From the NCBI GenBank assembly GCA_963514005.1, contig OY740811.1, positions 25,792,001 to 25,856,000 on the forward strand: 64,000 bases of DNA. The letters run 5' to 3'. Made by a program: the position numbers and the translations under genes. Of the stretch, positions 25,715 to 38,351 are shown in pieces. Position 1 is the stretch's first letter. Each line of letters opens with the position of its first letter. The notes beneath the pieces were generated by a model, which saw nothing but the letters and a program-made list of their open reading frames with translations, was not told the origin of the DNA and made no database searches. This DNA is from Raja brachyura. Lineage: Eukaryota.

Positions 25715-28700
25715 GAAGAGATTTTTCTTTGTTTTTTTAATTTACAGCAGAAAGGATTATAAAGCATTCAAAAACATCTTACATAATTTTGACGGGGAAT
25801 TTAAAATGTTTGCATGACTCTGGCAGCTGGGCTATCCCTTGTAAAGATTCTAAACGACCCAGTGACGCTCTCACATGCAGACATACAAAAATAGGAACAA
25901 TTGAAACAAAAGGTTGAAATCAAAAAAGGTTTAAAAACAAGAGAGTGTAGAGGAAGAAAGAGAGGGGGGAAAAAAAAGGGAAGGGGCAAGAAAAGAGAGA
26001 CAAAAAAAAAAGAAAGGAGAATCTACACTAGTATCACCATGCAATTGTGAGCAACCCCAGGAGTCTCTGTCGTAGCATATGTCTCTGGGCTGTTGCAGTG
26101 TGCAACAAAGCTTTGCATTTTCTAGAATTTTATTTTTTTAATTTTTTTTTGTGCAATGTTGTGACCTGTTTGTCTAGTCTCAGATGAACAGATGAAGTGG
26201 ACATTCTTTCCATTACTGTCAAGTTTGATTTATGTAATATATTTTTTTCAAAATCTATTGTGTTCTGTATGTGTGCGTGTATTTGTATGCGTATGTATGT
26301 GTGTATATGTGTGTAACATTTTCCACTGTATCACACAGTATTTAACATAAAAATGCCTGTTAATCTTTCTTTTCAAAGAGTGATTTATGGTATAATGCTA
26401 TATATATATATATTATATCCTTACAGTAACCTGCTCAGCAAAGATTATAACTTAATGTTGTGTCTTTTCTCTTAGCAATACAGCATTCACATTACTTGGC
26501 ACCCATTGGCAAAGGAGATAAGTCTTGGTAGCCAAACAGAAAAGAAATATGTAAACATAAACTTTTCAGTTATATCATTTTGCTGTCTGTTTTCTAATTC
26601 TAAGTACAGTAGTTTTTTTGCAAGTAATCATGCTTTAGCAAAAAATGTCCTTCTAAAGAACATTTAAAATAAGGAATTCTTACAGTGATTTTTTTTTCAT
26701 TTTACAGGTCATTTGCTTCTAATACTTCCTTTTGTTTTTTTTTTTTCATTACAGTCATGCACATATCTCTGGTGTTTTTTTTCCATCATTTTAAGTATAT
26801 ATACATTATTTACAAACAGTATATCCACATTGCTAGCTCATTCAGATAAAACTATACAAATTCCCATTCTGCCATTACCAATCTCATAACCACTCACAGT
26901 AAAATAATTCATTGTTGGCATCCCACGTTTTTTCATTGTTTTCATTCATCTCCCTATCATGTTCTTCAATATATACAGAGTCCACCCAGGTTACTGACAG
27001 TAGCCAAGAATATGGACATTACTGGCCAGCAGAATACATCATACAAGACCTTACTGTCTTGTACGATGTCAAGGCAATGAATGTGACCCCACAAAAAAAT
27101 CGTCCTATTTTTGAAAGGCTAAAAAAGCTTAAATGCTTTTTGAAAGAAAGAAAGAACAAAAGAAAATAAATTAAATAATCAAAGCTTTAAATAAACTATT
27201 TATATATTATATATATATTAAAAAAAAGTTCAGACTAAAAAAAAGTTATAAAGTAAGGCAAAATAAAGTGCAGGACGTGACAGGACACGAGCAAGGTGAC
27301 AGTGACTGTTGAGGAAGAAAGGTTTCGGGAGTTTTTGGATAAGGTTAATACCCAGCTTATGTGGAACCTCCTGCCCCCATTGTCAGCGAACCCAACCCCC
27401 TCCATTCCCTTTGTCTTTGTACTGTGGCCAGTGAGAGAAGATTTCAATCGCAAACAAATGTGGTGAGGTCCTCTCACCTCAACACACCTGGGCTGCACCT
27501 GGGCACCTCCTCAGCTTGCAATTATGACAGACAGAACAGGATCATTACCCTGCCATGGTCCGAAGTGCAGCAGATACTCGTACATTGTGAACTCAATGGT
27601 GAGAAGCAGAGTAAGACTTTTTTTTTAACGTTATGTTTTTTAATGATATGCAGCCAGTGAAGCAATGTAATAAAGACCGCAGGGGGGTTTTAATGGTGCC
27701 TCACAAGGTGTAATTGAAGGGTAAAGGTGGACGGAGGGAGTCAGTTTGTTCAATTTTATTTGTTCATTAGTTTGAAATGTTATGTGGGGAAGGGTCTTGC
27801 ATCACAACTTGATGCACTGAGCTGTCAGTAATAATGTTTGCCAACGAGGTATTAACAGACAGCACGGTTGTGTAGTGGCAACACATTTACCCCCCTAATA
27901 GAAATACTGATGTGGTTTACCCCCCCCCCCGAAGCATTTTGTTTTAGATGGCTCAGGTTGTTCAAGAAGCATTACGTTATGCCAGTTCACAGTAATTTAA
28001 AACTAAGCTAAGAAGAATAAAACTGCATGATTTTCTCAAATCAGCTCATGGCAATAGAGTGGGCAGCAATCTGTTTTACTTTGACCACAGCAAAGGGTTC
28101 AATAATGTATCAATAATGCGTTTATGGAGGGTCGGTTGGGTTTCTGTCTGTATCTCAGTACAAACCTAATCCAAGCTTCCTGCCCCTTTGCAACAGCAAA
28201 CTAGATGGTCCAATAAAAGACATTGCTTTCCTTCAACTTCCCCAACTGGCAGGCAATCTGGAAAATAAGGCTGTGCCACCTTCAACACTGTTGGCCTTGT
28301 GAGGCCTTTTCTGTTGATAGAAAAGCAGGGCCAGCTTCAATCTCATACTACTAGCCTTTAACACTCGGGAAAATTGAAATCCTCTCTCCTCTCACTGGCC
28401 TTTGGCCTTAGGAAGACCAGGCTCGTTGTTGACTGTTGATGAAAGGATATGTCCCTCATGGTTCAATTCAAATCAACGTAACACTGATAATTGGCCAGCA
28501 TGGAGACAGGAACGAAAGTAATCGGTCAGTTTGCACTGTTTGCTTGTAGCCAAAGGTCTGGGCTCCACATGTCAACACCATCCAGACGCTGGCTTGGACA
28601 CACAATTCCGAGCCTCTTCTCCAAACAATGAGTGCTTGGATAAAGCAAACTCAGGATGTCCCAAGATACTTTACAGCCAATTAACCACTTTTCATCACTG

Positions 28701-30954
28701 TCATAATTAAAGAAACACAGCAGCCAATTTAAGATTGGTTACAGAGATGTTAGCTGAGAATTAATGTTGCCTGGAACATGGACAGCACCTGGGGCTTGAC
28801 CTGCAGCAGTAACGCCCTTCAAGAGACAAGGAGAGGGGAAGAGAGGGACAAAGGGCAATACAGGGAATACTGGAAGGGTATGTTTGTAGACATGCCAGGG
28901 CCTCCTGTGTTAGCTTTGGGTGTATCTCACGAGGTGACCCAACCACCATCTTAAAATCTCAGTTCCAGCAACTCTCTTAAGATCTGGTAAGACATTAAAA
29001 AAAACCTCAACAATAAGTTTATACACACACACAGTCACTCCATCATTTCATTATTTTTAAACTTATTTAAATGACCCACACATATCAATGTAGCACCTGA
29101 GGGGGTAATGAATACTTGGCTGGCTCTATACACTGCATGCTGTTTGTGTAGTGTAGGTCACCCCACCAAAGTCCATCAATGCAGAATACACTGATTGAGA
29201 TGAAGATGTGATAAATCCACTTACTGTACATTGCACATAATTACTTAAATTGGGAGTGACCTATCTCCGTGGAGTCTGGAGGCTTGGAGATGACATGCTC
29301 TCTGACGGTGTAACTCAGTGTCTTTCTGAGGCATTCAATCCTGGTGCTGCTCATCATTCATGCGGGCTTCAGATTTCCAAACAAAACCACATTTAAGTCT
29401 ACACAGACTTATGGTACGCGATGGTCCTTCCTGGTTAGCATGGGATCAAGGGAAAACCACTTGGCTTTGATGCTCTCAATCATGATCCAGTCAACCCAGC
29501 TGGAAAAGTGTGCATATATGTTTCCATCGGGTCTGTTCTTAGCTGTGATGTCCCCAGCAGGCAACCAGCCCACCAACTCCCACTCTCTGGACAACACACG
29601 AATAACGGATCTGGCGCTAGAGATTGCACAAGGTATTCTGCAAGGAAATCTTTTGATTAGTGACTATTATTCCAAGAGCAGAGACTTGTCAGTTCATGTT
29701 TGCCCCTCCAGATCAGTGAGGACAATACCTATATTTGAGTACGGGGCCTTCTGCAAGTAATTGTTCACCTTTCTTTGCAGTGCAATCCCCACCTGGTAGG
29801 CTGAATCTGGTGTAAAGTAAACAGCAGATTTGCCAGGTGACTTCCAGCTGACTGGGACATTCAGCCCAGCTTGCTACCTGATCTAACAGTGATGAGTATC
29901 TCCAAAACAGTAAGGCTCCGGGACTTCAGAAACCGTTAAACTTCTGATTTCCTTCACAGTTTACAACCAAAAGTGGGCTGAAAGATACGCAAAACGTTGG
30001 TTGGTTTGAAACACACATGCACGCACACACACACACACACCAAATATCCACAAGGTTTGACCAATATACAGAAAATAAAATTATATAGCTTCAAGCTGTT
30101 CTCTTTGTTTGGCCCCAAGAAGCTACTAGTGGTCCTTAAGAGAGTTTTTAAGACCGTAGTACTTCTGGTATGGAGGGTTCTAGTCAGAAAAGGAGAGAAC
30201 GGGCAAGGAAAATATATCAGATTGCAGGCACCTTGACCCAGTTAACTGAATGAGCAGATTATATGTAGCCACAGGCCACTTCCATTTGGCAAATTGCACA
30301 TTGCTTGCATCAAACATCTGGAGACAAGGCTCATCTCCAACTCTTCTTCCTCCTCCTTCCTACCCTTGCAGTATGTTCTATCCCAGCATGGATCAACAGC
30401 AGGATTTGATAAAAAGCAAGGAAGAAGTTCGAAGAGAGGAAGTCCCAGGCCTAGTATTGGACCACTCGCTATCACTGCAGGGCGGCGGTGATCACACCCA
30501 CCAGAACGTGCAAAACCCGTGACCCCCTGGCTCAGGGTCCACATAAGCTGTGCATCACCTTTCCTTTCAGACTAACACTCCCCTCAATGCACTGACCTGC
30601 TTTTTTTCTTCACTCTTTGATATCTCTACATACATTTGCTTAATCCCGACAAAAAAGCCCCTTTTTTGTGTTGCAAACCTTGACACAAGTTTACAGTACT
30701 ACGCACCAGGCTGGTAAAGAGGTTATTTCATTCTACAAGTTAGTTTTCAAGTTCTTAAAACAATAAGTTGCAAGTTCTATGGCGCCTTGTTTCGTTTTCT
30801 TTAAAAAAAGTTCCATAAAAGTGCCGATGTGGTCGAGAGAAAAAAAGTTTCTAGAGCCTTGTTGCGATGAGAGTGTTGCTAATCTTCCCAAATCTCTAGT
30901 GATCTTTGTAAATGTCTCTGATATAAACATAAAGAAAACAGTCAGGAAGCAATG
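25715..30954 (-). other. CAMTA1: Long CAMTA1 3' UTR (~5.2 kb; 3' end inferred)
   Basis: Follows the stop codons, lacks young repeats, and is AU-rich in its distal part. ATTAAA at 25736-25741 has upstream UGUA and a downstream U/GU-rich tract. Alternative AATAAA at 27755-27760 and 26129-26134. Confidence 0.6.
25736..25741 (-). terminator. Putative distal CAMTA1 polyadenylation signal (ATTAAA)
   Basis: ctgctgtaaATTAAAaaaacaaag followed by the U/GU-rich cttcatgttagtttgttaaatttattt. Confidence 0.5.
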
Positions 30955-31018
30955 TTACATTGCTATGGGGTGCTTCTGTGAATCTTCAGGTTCCTTGGCC
31001 TTTCTCAATTCTTTCACT
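30955..31018 (-). CDS. CAMTA1: CAMTA1 last exon, frame used when the 31-nt exon is skipped (RVKELRKAKEPEDSQKHPIAM*)
   Basis: Open from AG|A GTG AAA to the TAA at 30955-30957. Resembles the recalled mammalian skip-isoform end RVKELKKAKELEDIQQHPLAM. Confidence 0.85.
30986..31018 (-). CDS. CAMTA1: CAMTA1 last exon, frame used when the 31-nt exon is included (SERIEKGQGT*)
   Basis: ctcttccttcag|AGT GAA AGA ATT GAG AAA GGC CAA GGA ACC TGA, the canonical CAMTA1 C-terminus. Confidence 0.95.
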   Translation of the reverse strand, partial: SERIEKGQGT

Positions 31019-31474
31019 CTGAAGGAAGAGAGGAGAACAAAAAGAGTAAAATTACGTTACCGATATTGGAACCAATTTACAAACCAAGGACACGTCAACA
31101 AAGGAATAACCAGTAACATTGTTGGTTAATAGGTAACAATAGTCGGGAGAGGCTTCAATCATAGAATGATATCGCACGGAAAGAGGCCACTCAAGTCTTT
31201 ATATTTACAAGACAACAACTCTGTATTAAAAATTAGTCCAAATTACATGGTTATCATTGTCATGGCATGGAGTGATGCCATCAGTTATACTATAACCTAT
31301 GTGACCCTGGTCTCAAATCCCAAGACTGGTACAATTAGATCTGCAATCGTACAGGCAGCAGGATAATGTCCCAAGATTACTAATCCGTCAAGAATAAGAT
31401 CAAATTGATGATCATCGCCATGAATTTGACTTCACTTAAATAAACTGGAAGTAGAAGAAATTATGAAAGCTTGT

Positions 31475-31680
31475 AAATTCATAAGTTCTAGGAGCAGGAT
31501 AAGGCCATTCGGCCCATCGTGTCTACTCTACCATTCAATCATGGCCGATCTATCTTTTCCTCTCAACCCCATTCTCCTGCCATCGCCTCATAACCCCTGA
31601 CACCCGTACTAATCAAGAATCTTTCAATCTCCGCCTTAGAAATATACGTTGGCTTGGCCTCCACAGTTGTCTGTGACAAT
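31475..31680 (-). mobile_element. CR1-type LINE 3' end
   Basis: aggccattcggccc...ccattcaatcatggc...caaccccattctcctgcc tail, also seen in + copies at ~51415-51540 and ~63560-63680. Confidence 0.85.
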
Positions 31681-32659
31681 TGTTGTAAAAATAAATCTTC
31701 TGGGGATCGTTAGGGAAGTAAAGTTGGCCCACATGTGACCAATCCCAGCTCAACACAGGTGACGCTTGCTGGCCTTCTGAAGTCAGGAGTGCTGTCAGAA
31801 CGTTACTGCAGTACTTCACCACAGCATCTCAATGATCCAGGCATGGGGAGATGAGAAATAGATGCTGGACACCGGGTTGACCAGGCACTGAGCTCAGATC
31901 CAGCCCACAGTGGGGGAATGAACCCTGGTGCCTGCAGGAAATAAAAACAAACTTCCGAGATGCCATTGCAGGTAAAACTCGGGGGTGGGGGGGGTGGGGG
32001 GGGGGGGGGGGCAAAACATACCAGTATAGATAAGTTATTTGTATGTTTTTAAAAAGATTCATTCATAGCATACTGGAGGCAAAACAAACAGAGCTGCTTG
32101 AAGGCTCTGTACCATCCAATCCTGTAATTTGAAGGCTGTTTGCCACTAAGCAGCTGTGGGAAGGCGTACACCACGACAATTTATAAGCCTGACGAGCGAC
32201 GGCTGGATTGGGGTGGAATTGATTTTTCTGCACTGAAACCTTCAAGAATATTTCCATCAGGCCTGGCAACCCTCATTCCTAATGGACTTAGACCTATGGC
32301 AAAATAAAATCCTGCTCATGAATTGGCAATGTCACGGGCATTGGATCGTGGGTAGTTAGCACTGAATATAATCACTTACTCATGTAGAAATATGAATTCT
32401 TTTGAAAAACAGAGGGGGCTAAATTGGATGGTCCTCAAAAAACCTGCATGGTGATCTTTTGTAGTCTGCTATTTTCAGTCTGCAGCCCAGATGGGAGTTA
32501 TCATTTCCATTGTTGTATTGTTTAGCAGGGATCCAATTTTGTGAGTGGCTAGCACTAATTAAGACAAGGCAATGCTATTTTAAGTCAACTTGTGCCTCTT
32601 GAAGGGAAGGCATTCTGAGGAAGGAGCTGATGTGTATTCTGCAGCAGACCTGGGAAACA

Positions 32660-32910
32660 TTTGAGAGTGGCATGGCAATGAAGGGGGCATACTCTGGGGC
32701 TCTCCTGTGTTATAATGAAGGCCTGGGTCCAGGAGGGGAGGGAGGTCCTGTTTCTGAAGGGGCTTGCAATAAAGGGTGGGTTGAGGGAGTGGGTGCTCCC
32801 CTAGCCTCACATAGAAGGCAACAAGTACACATTGCGGTGGGAGTGAATGCCAAGATTCAAGCATTGAGGACTTGAATCCTGTCGTTAGAACGTTGATGCA
32901 GCTTCACATC
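32660..32910 (+). pseudogene. Decayed Myb/SANT-like DNA-binding ORF of the same Harbinger element
   Basis: VQEGREVLFL...HRRQQVHIAVGVNAKIQALRT resembles the RREVLF...W..IA..VNA....RT motif of Harbinger ORF2, and it is convergent with the transposase. Confidence 0.6.
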
Positions 32911-33994
32911 AACAATCAAAGTCTGAATGCATCTTAAAATGCCATCAAAAGCATCAGCAGCAGCACACAGTACTCAGTGCACCATACCCGTATCACTCAC
33001 TCATCAGCAACTTTGCACAATCAAACCTGGAGCCTATTATTCATAACCTGTACCACATTCTCCCACACTTGGTGCAACATCACACAAACACATCTCATAG
33101 CTTGCACACACAGCAGGTTATTTATTTGTAGTTGCACTATCCAAATAGATCACACTGTGCTGAGGCACATTCCTCTCTATCACAGGACAAGGCAGTGCAC
33201 AGTCAGGGCAACAGCTAACCAGCGGGGGTAAAGTGCCGTTCCATCATCTTGTTGCCTCACAGAAGCCTGTTGGACATCACCTGCATGAGAGTTACTGAGT
33301 CTGGGGACAATGGGGGATATGGGGAGGGAAGACCGTGGAGGAAGATGGTGACCTCATTCTCAATCTTCCAATTCATATCATCCCACAATCAAACACAGTC
33401 TTTCTCTCCCTGTCCTTCCCACCCTCTTTCATTTGTAACGTTGTCCATTCTGACAGCCTAAAGGTGCATGGAGAGTAAGAATCGAGTGTTTGTGGATAGT
33501 TTGGCATTCACAACCAATAGCTCAGTGCACAGCAATGCAGGGAACCTGGGGATGAATGTGGAAGCACAGGGTACGTACGCTGGGCACTGGACTTGCAGCA
33601 AAGGCTAAGCAGAAGGAGAATGAGGTTCTGCAAGAGCTCAGTTGCAGATGCCATAGATGAGCATTTGGATGGGGCTTGTACAGCTGCTGTGGTCAGATGA
33701 TATGGACAATGAATGCAATGACAGGTTTGTGGGAAACCCATGCAGAGTCAGCAATGCGGCAGCAACTAGCAGCACCGCAAAGGAACTCTAGCGCAGGCAA
33801 ATGCGAGCGGAGCAACTGAACAAAGGCAATACAGACACGTCGTGAGTTAATTTTTGTCAGCAATTTGACAGATTTTGATTTCTAAGTTTGGAATTTTTAT
33901 TTTATAATTACCTTTGTTTAAGAAATGTCGCAAGCAGAGGCTATGAGGGAAGGTATGACATGGGTTGTTGGTGAATGGAAAAGTAAGTTGGTAT

Positions 33995-34825
33995 TTATTG
34001 GTAAAGTGGGCCGGTGGCATGTAGGTCAGGCAGAAATGGGCTTGTGTTCTCGTGTGGACCCATCTGCTGCCCAATGTACAGGTTCACCACTATTCTGTCA
34101 AGGCTCTGGAGCATGCAGGAAATGACCATGAATCTCGAGTCAACAGGGTGCCTTACCATGTCTCTTGTGACATGGCATTCATTCAATGTGCATTGCCCTA
34201 CCTTTGAATGGATTGTACATTGATATTCCTTGTCATAAAGTAGTTACCCTCTGGTTTGCTATGGAGACTCAGAAACATGTTCTTTCTGGACAGCATCGGA
34301 ATGAATACCTTTTGACCGCTGCCAGGAGATCAGGCATCAACCTGCAAAATGTGCCGTGCTTAGTCGCAAACTAGCTGCAAACGAGGGACTGGAATCCCTT
34401 TGGGTTTGTGCCGTTGGCACCTTCACGTCAACGTGCACATTGTCAGTGTCATGGGGAAGCTGCAAATCTCCCAAAGCTCTTAGTTTGCTCTTACTGTTGG
34501 CGTCTGCCCAGAGGGAATGAAACGCACTCAACCTTTCTGGATTGGAGCGTGTCAGTGACCTACCTCTCCCTTGTGCAGCAATGCTCAGCAGGCTGAGAGG
34601 TGTTGCAAATATTTCTTGCCTTAGCCTTAAAGGAATCACGCCCCTAAAATTTAATAGCCACAATGACCTTGACAGCAACTGGCAATGTGATCCTCAGCAT
34701 ACTTTGCTAGTGGGGTGGTGATATTTATTAGTGAGCTGATCCTTAATGAAGCACCAATTTCCTCACACACTGGCCATCCATGAGATTGAGCAAGCAGAAC
34801 TGTACTCAGGGTTAATCTTTGCACA
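33995..34825 (-). pseudogene. Decayed PIF/Harbinger (HARBI1-like) DDE transposase
   Basis: Translation across stops and frameshifts gives LPVAVKVIVAIKF*...NICNTSQPAEHCC...VTDTL...SFGRFA(G)FP...DNVHVDVKVP...KGFQSL/LQLVCD*ARHILQVDA*SPGS...G*LLYDKEY...NECHVTR...LDR. This is the colinear motif order of Harbinger transposases. Confidence 0.8.
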
Positions 34826-34952
34826 AGAGCTCTTATCCCTTCCTTCTCCTCCCTCTTCTGACAGCTCTTTCACCCCCCTCTTCTGAACCCTCTGCCTGTT
34901 CTCCGAGTCACGCTGCATTACAAAATTTGTACACACGGTTCAGTTTTTCAGC

Positions 34953-35140
34953 AAAGATGGACACAAAGTGCTGGGGTAACAGCGGCTCAGGCAGCATCTC
35001 TGTAGAAAAAGGATGGGTGATGTTTTGGGTCAGGACTTCGGGTTTGAAGAAGGATCCCGACACGAAACGCAACCCATCCTTTTTCTCCAGAGATGCTGCC
35101 TGACCCGCTGAGTTACTCCAGCACTTTGTGTCTATCTTTG
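34953..35140. repeat. Penelope-derived palindromic repeat. Other full or half copies at ~7874-8002, 11297-11405, 14388-14540, 21256-21347, 42772-42952, 43875-44070, 54822-54910 and 62635-62782.
   Basis: Shared gacacaaa(a/g)tgctggagtaactcagcgg..caggcagcatctct arm and its reverse complement. Confidence 0.85.
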
Positions 35141-38032
35141 TGATAAACAAGCTGTTATTTTTGCTGTTCTTTGTTTCTGCAGTTTATCACTGTCTGGCAG
35201 AAAACCCCTTGTGGACTTCAAGAATTTTAAAGCACCGTGGAGACCACTAAAGCTTGGTGGAACTGTACAAGCCAACAAACATCATCAGTAACTGATCTCC
35301 AACTAGTTGATAACCTCTTTTGGTTGTGTGTTCTGCTGTGTGAGTTAGAATATAGGGGGGTAGCTTGAACATCAAACTCATCTTGGAGCAATGGTGGCAA
35401 ATCACCCATGTATGCTGCTCTGATACTTCCAACGGGCATTAGCTTCACAGGCAGTACCATCTTTCACAACATGACACCTAATTTGACCTGCATGACAAAC
35501 GTGTACCTCCAGTATGGAAGCAATTTAACAATCTTGGGATTCAAGTACCATATAATGCGGTCACAATGCTAGCTCAGAGTAGAGACACCTTTAATCTACA
35601 ATCGACTGTGCAATAGACATGTTTTAAATGCGAGACGTCTAAAGAATCTCAGTCACAACACTGTGGTGAGCAGAAACTCTGTTAAATAGGCATTGCAACA
35701 GGTGGCCTAGGGTAGGTCTTGGTTTTAGCATTGGGCTCTGGAGAGTAGCAGATCACTCCATCAACTTGAACAAAACATTTCCCAGAAAAACTCTGAAATA
35801 ATTAATTTGGCTTGGGTTCCTCTGGCAGTTTTCACCGAACTAATCAACAAACAATTCACAGCAAACATTCCTGATTAGCTTTGCAGCCTAAACATCTGTG
35901 ATTAATTCAGATCCCAAACACAGACAAATTTAATGATTTTCAAATTAGTTGAGATTAAAATGAAATCAATGTTGCACGTTGGGCTGAGACGTGTACTTCA
36001 TGTTAAAGGTTCGGCGACTGGAATAGATGTGTATTTATTTATGGATTGGGACCACAGACCCACAGGCCCAGCTACTTCTCACTGGCTTCCCAAATGTCCA
36101 TTCTTCATGAAAACGGCATGAGCACGAAGGTTATTCCACTGCAGATGGCATCCAAGTCCAGGTCGATCCAACATTCCAGCATCCATGCACGAGTAATGAG
36201 TTGATGGAATGGCTTTTGTTGTCAGAGATAGAATTGTTGATGGGTTTCCCCCAATCCCATCAGCCTTCTAAGCCTCTGAGAACACTTCAGGGTGACACAT
36301 TGGGCCTTAGCTTTCCCTGGTGAAAGAGTGGGTGAGCTGTTTTTTACTCCTTTTACTGGCTTTCCCATTCAATGGGATCAACGATGACCTGCACCTTACT
36401 CAAATCACCTGGGCTGACTTTTTATTACCTAAAGAATGGAGTCATACATTCCTTTACATCATCCTTACAAAACTGAGAGTCACAGTTCAATCTCTCCTCT
36501 AAGGCTCATCATCCAATGCATCATAACACACACCTGCTGCATTATATTGGAATGAAAATCCTGATTAGGGTATTCAATAGGAGGATCTGAATCACAACCT
36601 TTCGATGCAGATGACAGATTGCTTTCGGTATCATCTCTACAGGTCAAATACTTTAAACAAGTACAAAGTTTAACATGTTTCCAAACTCTCTGTGAACAAA
36701 CTATCTTCTAATTGGGGTGAGATTAAAAGATTTTTTTTGTCAAATGTTATCTGAATTATCCCCTTCACTGCCACAATTATACAGAAGCTCTGCGATTGTT
36801 AACAGGGTTTCTACAGGTAGTTTGATATCCTTATCTGTTATTTTTGACTGAGAGAGGATTGTTGGGGATTCCCTGTGCCAGATGTCAATAGAAATCCTGG
36901 AAAAAGGCACAAGTGCCAATGTCTTGGTGCCATTACTCACAGCATTGTGCCGGACCTTCTGAACAAGAGACCGATAAACCCACAGCAAATTTAACGCATT
37001 TCCTTTATAAAATTAGCTTCAAATCAAATCCATTGCAAATTACTGCTTGATTTGTGTCTCATCATCTCTTAAATTCAAATCAACACTCACCAAACCATCT
37101 CCAACATTCAGTGCTACTAATCTTAATCTTTTCTGAGTCTTCCCTCTGCCCTCTCAACCAAAAGGCTTTTATGCCCCTGGATAATCCTTAAATGCTGATT
37201 CATCTACTCCCCCGTCTGTTCCTGCAAAGTGTGACGGTGCCCATGGTTTGTTAGCATTGGCTCTTCAACTCCAGAACTGGTCAGGCAAACATTGGGAAAG
37301 GGATATCACTGCTAATTGCAGATAACAATCCAATCTAATTTTAGTTGCGCTGATGAAAGGGCGAAAGATGATGCAGACACCACAAGAAGGCTGCGATTTT
37401 CCCTTTTGGTTGCTTTTGTACGAATCGGTACGGTGAGGGATGAGCACTGGCAATTAGGACAAATACGACATTTTTAAACATTCAATGGGGTGAAGAGTAT
37501 CATTGTGAATCAAGTCAGGCACACAAAAGCATCTGTGTTGCTGGTGATTTGTTCCATTGACAGCTCTCGCTGCTCTCGCTGCAGAACTTACTGTTACTCA
37601 CTGTTTGTTTAAACGCACTAGGTCTAAAAATAGACAATATTTCATTCAGAAAGATATTAGACAACAATTCACATAATACAACTCCCCGCCTCCCTCTCCG
37701 ACAAGCACACCAGATAAAATAAAAATGAACAAGCTTGATCGTTCGAGTCTTCTTATTATTGTTCGTTCCTGGCTGGGTGCTCCCTGTCCTATGTGGCTAT
37801 TCCTAATACAGGACTATTAACAGATTCTTCAATAGCAGGGGCGTTGGAGTGGATCCCAATCCTGTCTTTGCCCAATGTTTGTCCATGGCCACTCTTCATT
37901 AATTGCCAGTGAGTGCTCCTCCTGAGGTTATGGCAGTAAGGCATTGGGCATTGGAAGGGGTCAGTTAAATCAAAGAAAGGATCAACGCTGGACATGTTGG
38001 CAGCAACACAAAGGGCAAATATGTGTTTACTG

Positions 38033-38351
38033 GGACCACACGGTGACACAGTGGTAGAATTGCTGTCTTACAGCGCCAGAGAACATGGTTCAATCCTGAC
38101 TGCAGGTGCTGTCTGTACGGAGTTTGTACGTTTTCCCCATGACCTGCGTAGGTTTTCTCCAGATTCTTTGGATTCCACCACACACGCCAAAGACGTACAG
38201 GATTGTAGGCTAATTGGGTTGGTAAAATTGTAAATTGTCCCTAGTGTGTGTAGGAAATTGTGTTAGCGTGTTGAAATCGCAAGGTCGGCACAGACTCGGT
38301 GCAGGCGGCCTGCAGAGCTTGTTTCCGTGCTGTATCTCTCCACTAAACTAC
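38033..38351 (+). mobile_element. Same SINE family, full length
   Basis: Matches 23506-23799. Confidence 0.88.

Noticed and set aside
25715-30954. miR-9-5p seed sites expected from mammalian CAMTA1 literature
   Set aside because: I could not find ACCAAAG on the transcript strand by eye, so it is not claimed.
31981-32011. Long poly-G/poly-C runs (also ~44-57, 8913-8927, 14946-14964, 47018-47038)
   Set aside because: Simple homopolymers with no positional pattern; their lengths are also prone to sequencing error.
33995-34825. Domesticated HARBI1-like host gene
   Set aside because: Multiple stops, frameshifts and damaged catalytic motifs show it is a dead transposon copy.
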